Of a DNA stretch of 42,765 bases, positions 35,916 through 42,765 are shown piece after piece. How positions within the stretch are numbered: the stretch's first letter is position 1; the number at the start of each line of letters is the position of its first letter. The DNA comes from an uncultured Oscillospiraceae bacterium. Lineage in GTDB: Bacteria > Bacillota > Clostridia > Oscillospirales > Acutalibacteraceae. Both the position numbers and the translations under genes were made by a program. Below the pieces are notes generated by a model, which did not search any database, had not been told where the DNA came from, and saw nothing but the letters and a program-made list of their open reading frames with translations. Location: NCBI GenBank assembly GCA_902490145.1, contig CABUCT010000001.1, positions 1 through 42,765 on the forward strand, read 5' to 3'.

Positions 35916-36228
35916 GCATTTTTAAAATTATTATTAATCAAAACCTCAATGATCAGACGATAAGATAAGCGTATGACATTTCGGGTTTCGGACATATTTT
36001 AGCGTTTTCCTTGTTGACCGGTGCGTGCCGCCAGGGTGCTGTGCAGCACGGTCATTATAAACAATGAAATTCATTTAAGCTCAATTTATCATTTTAAGTC
36101 AGTCTTAAAAAACTTCTATGTCTTGCTTTATTGCTTAATATCTGAATTTTCCTGCTTTATGGCTCGTTAATAATATGCAAAAATCGTTTATTTGATTAAA
36201 ACTTAATACAATATTGAAGCAAAAATAA

Positions 36229-36262
36229 TTCCGCCGGTCATCAATTTTTGATTTCCGCCGGT
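36229..36262. repeat. 10-bp direct repeat upstream of the aminotransferase gene
   Basis: TTCCGCCGGT occurs at 36229-36238 and again at 36253-36262 (24-bp period), ending 20 nt before the ATG. Confidence 0.5.
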
Positions 36263-36281
36263 TATGTAAGGAGAAATAAAA

Positions 36282-37481
36282 ATGAACATTCCTTTTTCTC
36301 CCCCCGATATCGGAGAGGATGAGATTAACGAAGTAATAGATACGCTCCGTTCGGGCTGGATAACTACCGGACCGAAAACCAAGAAATTTGAAAAAGAAAT
36401 TCAAAAATATTGCAATGTAAGCGGAGGTTGTGCCTGTCTAAATTCCCAAACTGCCTGTGCCGAAATGACGCTTAGACTTCTCGGAATCGGCGAGGGAGAT
36501 GAGGTCATCACCTCTGCTTATACTTATACTGCCAGTGCCAGTGTTGTAAGCCATGTTGGAGCAACGCTTAAACTTGTGGATGTAAAATCCGGAACACTTG
36601 AAATGAACCTTGATCAGCTCAAAAATGCTATAACAGAAAAAACCAAAGCAATTATTCCGGTTGACATTGCAGGTGTCATGTGTGATTACGACAGCATTTA
36701 TAAAATCGCAGAGGAAAAAAGAAGCCTTTTCACTCCGTCAAATGATATTCAGAAAAAAATAGGCAGAATCGCGGTTCTTGCTGACGGGGCACATTCTCTC
36801 GGGGCAAGAAGAAATTCAAGACTAAGTGGGACAGCCGCTGATTTTACAAGCTTTTCTTTTCATGCCGTTAAGAATCTCACCACTGCCGAAGGCGGTGCGG
36901 TAACCTGGAATCATATTGACGGAATAGACGATGAAGAAATATATAAAAAATATATGCTCTTGTCTCTTCACGGTCAAACTAAGGACGCTCTTCATAAAAA
37001 CGGGATAGGTGCTTGGGAATACGATATTGTAGCTCCATATTTTAAATGTAATATGACTGATATAATGGCGTCGATCGGACTGGCTCAGCTTCGCCGGTAT
37101 GACAGTTTATTAGAACGCAGACATGCGATAATTGAGCATTATAACAAGCGTCTTTCGGGTCATGGATTGATCCTTCCCGTACATTCGGGAGAAAATTTCC
37201 GTTCAAGCGGACATTTATATTTGCTTCGCATTGGCGGAGCTGATGAGCAAAAACGCAATGAAATAATTACAAAAATGGGCGAGAAGGGCGTTGCCTGCAA
37301 CGTTCATTATAAGCCTTTACCGATGCTCACTGCATATAAGAATTTGGGCTTTTCAATAGATAATTACCCCGAAGCATATGCAATGTATAAAAATGAGATA
37401 TCTTTGCCGCTTCATACAAAGCTGACCGATGATCAGGTGGATTATATCTGTGATTGTCTCATAGAAATTTTGGATAAGTAA
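36282..37481 (+). CDS. DegT/DnrJ/EryC1/StrS-family PLP-dependent aminotransferase
   Basis: 399-aa ORF with IPFSPP at the N-terminus, GDEVI, the PLP-Lys block FSFHAVKNLTTAEGG, and HY-PLP near the C-terminus. Confidence 0.9.
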   Translation: MNIPFSPPDIGEDEINEVIDTLRSGWITTGPKTKKFEKEIQKYCNVSGGCACLNSQTACAEMTLRLLGIGEGDEVITSAYTYTASASVVSHVGATLKLVDVKSGTLEMNLDQLKNAITEKTKAIIPVDIAGVMCDYDSIYKIAEEKRSLFTPSNDIQKKIGRIAVLADGAHSLGARRNSRLSGTAADFTSFSFHAVKNLTTAEGGAVTWNHIDGIDDEEIYKKYMLLSLHGQTKDALHKNGIGAWEYDIVAPYFKCNMTDIMASIGLAQLRRYDSLLERRHAIIEHYNKRLSGHGLILPVHSGENFRSSGHLYLLRIGGADEQKRNEIITKMGEKGVACNVHYKPLPMLTAYKNLGFSIDNYPEAYAMYKNEISLPLHTKLTDDQVDYICDCLIEILDK

Positions 37482-37753
37482 GATTTTTTCTGATATGAAG
37501 CATTTTTTACTGTCATGAGTGAAGTTTTGCTAATCGTAACGTCTATTTCATACTTAAAACAGTGTTTGTGAATGTAAGACATCATTTTGTTCTCCATAGA
37601 AGAGATATTCCATTATAACATGAAGTAACTTTTCCAACTGTTAGGCAGAGCTTTATCCTCTGCGGGTGACTTTTATTTAAAGTAGCACTATAATAAGCTT
37701 TTAGACCACACGGAGAAGTTTTATCGATTCATAACACAACATTTTTTCACACT

Positions 37754-37787
37754 AAAGCCGTACGTTTATTTTTACGTTCGGCTTTTT
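37754..37787 (+). terminator. Orphan rho-independent-like terminator in the alaS upstream region
   Basis: AAAGCCGTACGT / ACGTTCGGCTTT stem with one mismatch, followed by TTTTTA. It lies 270 nt after the aminotransferase stop. Confidence 0.45.
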
Positions 37788-37867
37788 ATAGTATACAGTT
37801 GTGAAGTTTCATCATTCTCCTAATAAAAGGACGGAGAATTAGATCCGATGCTTAAACTCTGTTAATC

Positions 37868-37896
37868 TTGACAAAGTAAAGCGGGATTTGTATAAT
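37868..37896 (+). promoter_or_regulatory. Consensus sigma-A promoter of alaS
   Basis: TTGACA (37868-37873), exactly 17 nt, then TATAAT (37891-37896). Confidence 0.7.
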
Positions 37897-37931
37897 AAAC
37901 CATATATGTAAATTTGAATAGAGGTAAAAAT

Positions 37932-40553
37932 ATGGAATGGACAGGTCTTAATGAACTGCGTGAAAAATATTTGAGCTTTTTTGAGAGTAAGGGACATTTA
38001 AGACTCCCAAGCTTTCCGCTCATTCCGCAAAATGACAATTCACTTCTTCTTATAAATTCCGGAATGGCTCCGATGAAAAAATATTTCACCGGTGAAATCA
38101 CTCCTCCAAGAAAAAGAGTAACCACTTGCCAGAAGTGCATACGCACACCTGATATTGAACGTGTGGGAAAAACTGCACGTCACGGAACCTATTTTGAGAT
38201 GCTCGGAAATTTCTCTTTCGGAGATTATTTCAAACACGAAGCAACCAAATGGGCATGGGAGTTTTTCACAAAGGTGCTTGAAATGCCTGTTGACCGCCTT
38301 TGGGTCACTATTTATCTTGATGATGACGAGGCTTTTGACATTTGGACAAAAGAAGTCGGAGTTTCTCCTGACCGTATTGTTCGTCTTGGCAAAGAGGACA
38401 ACTTTTGGGAACATGGTTCCGGTCCGTGCGGACCATGTTCTGAAATCCATTTTGACCGTGGGGAAGAGTATTCATGCGGAAAGCCGACCTGTGCCGTTGG
38501 ATGCGACTGTGATCGATATGTAGAGGTTTGGAATTTAGTTTTTACCCAGTTTGAGTCAGACGGAAACGGAAATTATACGCCTCTTGACCACCCAAATATT
38601 GACACAGGTATGGGGCTTGAACGTCTTGCCTGTGTTATGCAGGGAGTGGACAACCTTTTCGAGGTTGACACTGTTCAGCGTATCATGAAACATATAAGTG
38701 ATATTGCAGGAGTCAAATATAAGGAAGACGAAAAAACTGATGTTTCCCTTCGTGTTATTACCGACCATATCCGTTCCACAACCATGATGATCGGTGATGG
38801 AGTAATGCCGTCAAACGAGGGAAGAGGTTATGTTCTTCGCCGACTTCTTCGCCGTGCCGCCCGTCATGGAAGACTTCTCGGAATCAAGGAGCCGTTCCTG
38901 TCAAAGGTTGTTTCAACTGTAATTGAAGAAAACAAGGCATATCCTGAACTTGCCGAGAAAAAGGATCTAATTGTCCGTGTGGTCAAAGAAGAAGAGGAAA
39001 GCTTCGGCCGCACAATCGATAAAGGTATGCAGCTGCTTTCCGAGCTTATGGATTCTGCTGACGGAAATGTAATTTCAGGTGAAGATGCCTTCAAGCTTTA
39101 TGATACTTACGGCTTCCCTCTCGACCTTACCAAAGATATTCTTGAAGAACGTGGAATGACGGTCGACGAAAACAGCTTTGAAGCTCTTATGAAGGAACAG
39201 AAAAAGCGTGCAAGGGATGCCCGCAAAAATGCGGGTGCTGAAGCTTGGGACGACGGCGGAGTTCAGCTTGACGGAATTTCCAAAACTGATTTTGTCGGTT
39301 ATGAAACTCTTGAAGCCGATGCAAAGATCCTTGCTATTATAAACGGAGGCGAAAAATCTTCGCTTGTTTGCGAAGGAGAAAATGCTGTTATCGTGCTTGA
39401 TAAAACCCCATTCTACGGCGAAAGCGGCGGACAGGCCGGGGACTGCGGAGAGCTTAGAACAGATAACGGAGTATTCAAGGTTGAAAGTACTGCCAAAAAC
39501 GCCGAAGGAATTGTGCTTCATATCGGAAAAGCCGAGAGCGGGAATTTTGAGATTGATCAAACCGTCAATGCGAAAGTTTGCGAAAAGAATCGCAGTGCAA
39601 CCATGCGAAATCATACTTCCGCCCACCTTATGCAGGCAGCTCTCAGAAAGGTTCTCGGAACCCATGTTGAACAGGCGGGTCAGCTTGTAAACGGAGATCG
39701 CATGAGATTTGACTTCACTCATTTTTCTGCCCTCACTTCGGATGAACTCGCAAAGGTTGAAAAACTTGTGAACGAGGAGATTCTTAAGGGTGAAGACGTT
39801 GTAATAAAAGAAATGCCGATTGCAGAGGCCAAGAAGCTCGGTGCGATGGCATTGTTCGGCGAAAAATACGGTGATGTTGTCCGCGTTGTAAAGGCGGGAG
39901 ATTTCTCCACCGAACTTTGCGGAGGCACTCACGTTTCCAACACCTCCCGAATCGGACTTTTCAAAATTGTTTCCGAAACGTCCGTCGCTGCGGGTGTGCG
40001 TCGTATTGAAGCGGTCACGGGCGAAAAGGTTTTGGAACTTCTAAGCGGATATGAAAACACAATAAAGGAAACTGCTGACGTCCTTAAATCCGGAATAAAC
40101 GATGTTACACAGAAAGCAAAAACAGTTGTTGCAGAGCTTAAAGAAAAAGACAGAATCATTGAAAAGCTTGAAGCGAAGCTTGCGGGCGGACAGCTTGATG
40201 AATTGTTTAACAAAGCGGTAGATGTTAAGGGGTTCAGACTGGTTACCGGCAAACTCAATGTCGATGGACCTGACGCACTCCGTACTGCTTGTGATAAAGC
40301 AAAGGAACAGCCCGATGTTATCGCTCTTCTTGGATTTATTTCTGACAAAGGGACTGTCACTCTTGCCGCCGCTTGCGGAAAGAATGCCGTAAAAGCGGGG
40401 GCACATGCCGGTAATTTGGTTAAAGCAGCTGCTCAGATAGTCGGAGGAAACGGCGGAGGTCGTCCCGATAGTGCAATGGCAGGAGGAAAAGATCCCTCAA
40501 AGCTTGATGAAGCACTTGCTGCCGTAAAAGATATTGTAGAAAGTCAGCTTTGA
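37932..40553 (+). CDS. alaS: Alanine--tRNA ligase
   Basis: The ORF opens at 37914, but MEWTGLNELREKYLSFFESKGH at 37932 has an SD (AGAGG) and matches the usual AlaRS N-terminus. Editing-domain motifs HTSAHL and CGGTHV are present, as is a C-terminal DHHA1-like GGG block. Confidence 0.95.
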   Translation: MEWTGLNELREKYLSFFESKGHLRLPSFPLIPQNDNSLLLINSGMAPMKKYFTGEITPPRKRVTTCQKCIRTPDIERVGKTARHGTYFEMLGNFSFGDYFKHEATKWAWEFFTKVLEMPVDRLWVTIYLDDDEAFDIWTKEVGVSPDRIVRLGKEDNFWEHGSGPCGPCSEIHFDRGEEYSCGKPTCAVGCDCDRYVEVWNLVFTQFESDGNGNYTPLDHPNIDTGMGLERLACVMQGVDNLFEVDTVQRIMKHISDIAGVKYKEDEKTDVSLRVITDHIRSTTMMIGDGVMPSNEGRGYVLRRLLRRAARHGRLLGIKEPFLSKVVSTVIEENKAYPELAEKKDLIVRVVKEEEESFGRTIDKGMQLLSELMDSADGNVISGEDAFKLYDTYGFPLDLTKDILEERGMTVDENSFEALMKEQKKRARDARKNAGAEAWDDGGVQLDGISKTDFVGYETLEADAKILAIINGGEKSSLVCEGENAVIVLDKTPFYGESGGQAGDCGELRTDNGVFKVESTAKNAEGIVLHIGKAESGNFEIDQTVNAKVCEKNRSATMRNHTSAHLMQAALRKVLGTHVEQAGQLVNGDRMRFDFTHFSALTSDELAKVEKLVNEEILKGEDVVIKEMPIAEAKKLGAMALFGEKYGDVVRVVKAGDFSTELCGGTHVSNTSRIGLFKIVSETSVAAGVRRIEAVTGEKVLELLSGYENTIKETADVLKSGINDVTQKAKTVVAELKEKDRIIEKLEAKLAGGQLDELFNKAVDVKGFRLVTGKLNVDGPDALRTACDKAKEQPDVIALLGFISDKGTVTLAAACGKNAVKAGAHAGNLVKAAAQIVGGNGGGRPDSAMAGGKDPSKLDEALAAVKDIVESQL

Positions 40554-40572
40554 TTTAAGGAAAATATAACTT

Positions 40573-40611
40573 AAAGGGCCTGCCAGTTTTAACTGTCAAG
40601 CCCTTTGTTTT
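40573..40611 (+). terminator. Rho-independent terminator of alaS
   Basis: AAAGGGC ... GCCCTTT stem followed by GTTTT. Confidence 0.6.
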
Positions 40612-40685
40612 CAGAATCATTTATAATAAGTTAAAGAAAAAGCTTGTGATAATACTTTTATGCAAAATAAATGTGAGGTGATTTT

Positions 40686-40907
40686 TTGGAAGAGATTAAA
40701 CTTGGAAAGTATCGTCATTTCAAAGGCGGTGAATATGAAGTCGTGGGTTTTGCAAAGCATTCCGAAACTCTTGAGGAAATGGTGGTCTACCGTGCTTTGT
40801 ACGGAAAAAAGGAGCTTTGGGTTCGTCCTAAACTTATGTGGAATGAAACGGTCGAGCATGACGGAAAAGCAGTCAAACGCTTTGCTTTTATGGAAAATAA
40901 TGATTAG
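40686..40907 (+). CDS. DUF1653 family protein
   Basis: 73-aa ORF with the block YRHFKGGEYEVVGFAKHSETLEEMVVYRALYG...WVRP..MW. It has a TTG start with SD GAGGTG 5 nt upstream. Confidence 0.75.
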   Translation: MEEIKLGKYRHFKGGEYEVVGFAKHSETLEEMVVYRALYGKKELWVRPKLMWNETVEHDGKAVKRFAFMENND

Positions 40908-41020
40908 CATTTAAAGATTTGATAAATTCTTCAGATTTTGTTTTTAAAAGATGATAAAAAACTTGATAAAAGATTCCAAAAGGTATATTATAGAAATAAA
41001 AAAATAAAGGATATTAGAGT

Positions 41021-42097
41021 ATGAAACGAATTTGCCTTCCTGTAATTATAACACTTGTTTTTGCCATTGTTTTTTGTGCCTGCACCAAGAAAGAGGGACA
41101 AATCCCATCCGAAGATGCAGTTGCGTCTGTGACCGAATCCGGAGTGAAAAATAAAGATAAAGGGAACATTGACAACCTCACAGGGCTTTATAATTTAGAT
41201 GATTCAGCTGTAGGAAAACGTCCTGTAGCCGTTATGGTTAATAATCTTTCTGATGCTCAGGCTGTCCAAACCGGTCTTAATGATGCCGGAATGGTGTTTG
41301 AATGTATGGTTGAGGGCGGAATCAGTCGCCTTATGGCAGTTTATTCAGACATTTCAAAGGTAAAGCAAATCGGAACTATTCGAAGTGCCCGATATACATA
41401 TGTTCAGCTGGCTCGCTCGCTTGATGCGATTTATGTTCATTGCGGAATGGACGATATTTACACCCGTCCCTATGCAAATAAGCTTTCAGATTTTGATTAT
41501 TTTGACCTTGGAGCCCACAACGGATATTCATTCCGTTCATCCAACGGCCTTTCATATGAGCATACTCTTTATGCATACGGAGAAAAGCTTGAGGACGGAG
41601 CATATGACAGCTTCCGCTCAGATATAAAAAGCTCAAACAAAGAAACCGTGTTTAAGTTTTCTAATCCTGAAGAAACTTCGCCCGCCGGAACGGCTTGCAG
41701 TTCTGTGAGCTATGCTATGTCAAGCTCATATAAAACCACTTTTAAATATAATTCTGAAACTCAAAAATTTATAAGACAACCCAGAGGGAATACTCAAAAA
41801 GACTATCTTACCGGCAAAAACATCGAATTCAAGAATGTTTTTGTGCTTTTTGCTCCGGTTCAATATTTCAGTGATAATTATCATGTGAAGACCATTCTGG
41901 ATTCCGGAAGCGGATATTATATCTCAGACGGCGGATACACCAAAATAACCTGGTCTAAGGGTGATGCTTCGGACAAGCTGAAACTTAAAGATTCATCCGG
42001 CAATGATTTGACCGTCAATGCAGGAAACTCCTGGATCACTTTTGTTCCGTCCGATCAACAGTCCTCAGTCAGCTTCGGAACTTCTTTGGAACAGTGA
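41021..42097 (+). CDS. DUF3048 (YerB-like) lipoprotein
   Basis: 358-aa ORF with a lipoprotein signal peptide and lipobox (VFCAC). DUF3048-type blocks are RPVAVMVNN and ECMVEGGISRLMAVY. Confidence 0.8.
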   Translation: MKRICLPVIITLVFAIVFCACTKKEGQIPSEDAVASVTESGVKNKDKGNIDNLTGLYNLDDSAVGKRPVAVMVNNLSDAQAVQTGLNDAGMVFECMVEGGISRLMAVYSDISKVKQIGTIRSARYTYVQLARSLDAIYVHCGMDDIYTRPYANKLSDFDYFDLGAHNGYSFRSSNGLSYEHTLYAYGEKLEDGAYDSFRSDIKSSNKETVFKFSNPEETSPAGTACSSVSYAMSSSYKTTFKYNSETQKFIRQPRGNTQKDYLTGKNIEFKNVFVLFAPVQYFSDNYHVKTILDSGSGYYISDGGYTKITWSKGDASDKLKLKDSSGNDLTVNAGNSWITFVPSDQQSSVSFGTSLEQ

Positions 42098-42510
42098 TGA
42101 AAAAGATAATTTTTGTATGTACGGGCAACACCTGCCGAAGCCCCATGGCAGAGGGAATCTTCAATAAAATAGCGAAAGAAAATCAGCTTGATATTTTTGC
42201 CGAAAGTGCAGGACTTTTTGCAAACGAAGGAGAGAGCGTTACGCAAAATGCTGTCCTCGCCTGTAAAGAAAAAGGCATTGATATAAGCGGACACAAATCA
42301 AGGCAGCTTACTGAGCAGCTTTCAAAAACTGCTGATTTTATCGTGCCAATGACCCAAAATCACCGTGAAATCTGCATTAAGCTGTTTAAAGAAACTTCAG
42401 TTTTGCCTGCACTTGATATTCCCGATCCATATGGCGGAGATCTTGATGTTTACAGGCTTTGCCGTGATAAAATTACTGAAATGTGTGAGAAAATTGCAGA
42501 TTGTAATTAA
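42094..42510 (+). CDS. Low-molecular-weight protein phosphatase (arginine/tyrosine phosphatase family)
   Basis: 138-aa ORF with the P-loop CTGNTCRSPMAE and the DP acid loop (IPDPYG). It has an ATGA overlap with the upstream gene. Confidence 0.9.
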   Translation: MMKKIIFVCTGNTCRSPMAEGIFNKIAKENQLDIFAESAGLFANEGESVTQNAVLACKEKGIDISGHKSRQLTEQLSKTADFIVPMTQNHREICIKLFKETSVLPALDIPDPYGGDLDVYRLCRDKITEMCEKIADCN

Positions 42511-42765
42511 GAATTTTTCTCCCTCGTTTGCAAACGCTGTTCATGAAATAGAGCGAGAATGTTTTGCTCATCCGTGGACCGTGAAAAATATTATTGAAAC
42601 GGCTTCTAACGGACACAGCATATTTCTCATGGCTGTTGCAGACGGAAAATGTGTGGGATACGGTTCTCTTGACATGGCTGACGGCATTGGATATTTTAAC
42701 AATGTGGCGGTCAGTCCTGCCTTTCGGGGCAATCACATCGGCGAAATGCTTGTGCGTTCGCTTTG
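42494..42765 (+). CDS. rimI: GNAT acetyltransferase, RimI-like (3-prime partial; runs off the window)
   Basis: Open frame from a probable TTG at 42494. Translation reads IVIKNFSPSFANAVHEIERECFAHPWT...GYGSLDM...VAVSPAFRGNHIGEML, matching the RimI pattern (IE...F..PW, acetyl-CoA R-G-G motif). The start codon is uncertain. Confidence 0.65.
   Translation, partial: MQIVIKNFSPSFANAVHEIERECFAHPWTVKNIIETASNGHSIFLMAVADGKCVGYGSLDMADGIGYFNNVAVSPAFRGNHIGEMLVRSL

Noticed and set aside
37442-37585. 47-aa minus-strand ORF (MMSYIHKHCFKYEIDV...) with a GGAGA SD and an extended -10-like TGTTATAAT upstream. It overlaps the 3-prime end of the aminotransferase gene.
   Set aside because: It is Lys/Ser-rich low-complexity sequence with no recognisable family and no terminator. 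It could be real but is not supportable from sequence alone.
37482-37913. T-box riboswitch upstream of alaS.
   Set aside because: No T-box core (AATTAGGGTGGTACCGCG-like) or specifier/antiterminator architecture is visible. The consensus promoter leaves a leader too short for one.
1-42765. CRISPR arrays, tRNA/rRNA genes, IS elements, integrases, toxin-antitoxin or restriction-modification type defence genes.
   Set aside because: No spaced repeat arrays, no tRNA T-arm (GGTTCGAATCC-like) motifs in intergenic regions, and no ORFs with transposase, recombinase or defence-family motifs were seen.

Overview
This is a densely coding chromosomal window that looks like a low-GC, spore-forming Firmicutes/Clostridia genome. 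All calls come from the ORF track plus motifs I recognise by eye; no searches were run.

**Layout**
- **0.3-8.8 kb, minus strand:** translationally coupled housekeeping operon: DUF951, prfA, an in-frame plsX::rnc fusion (no acpP), radical SAM, smc, ftsY.
- **8.8-11.9 kb, plus strand:** csoR-copA copper-efflux operon with a textbook CsoR operator. CopA carries a C-terminal CopZ-like domain that keeps its own SD and ATG.
- **11.86-18.06 kb, minus strand:** isolated 6.2-kb phage packaging/head module (terS, terL, portal, protease-scaffold, major capsid, three small head-completion ORFs). The window contains no tail, lysis, integrase, regulator or replication genes.
- **18.5-22.2 kb:** D-Ala-D-Ala carboxypeptidase, an untracked 41-aa Cys/Gly/Asn-rich tiny transmembrane peptide (YjcZ-like), an HtrA protease, then a 600-bp non-coding spacer with several symmetric elements.
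- **22.2-34.9 kb, minus strand (main finding):** 13-gene cluster. It encodes class I fumarate hydratase alpha/beta, an LDH-fold dehydrogenase with the malate-type Arg, hdrB-hdrC-hdrA-mvhD/flxD-flxC-flxB-flxA, a membrane-anchor-less FrdB/FrdA-like pair, and an AAE-family carboxylate transporter. I interpret it as a soluble, quinone-independent, NADH-driven and possibly electron-bifurcating oxaloacetate-to-succinate system.
- **35.2-42.8 kb, plus strand:** rpe, DegT-type aminotransferase, alaS (consensus promoter, no T-box), DUF1653, DUF3048 lipoprotein, LMW phosphatase, partial rimI.

I recognised no rRNA, tRNA, CRISPR array, transposase or integrase.
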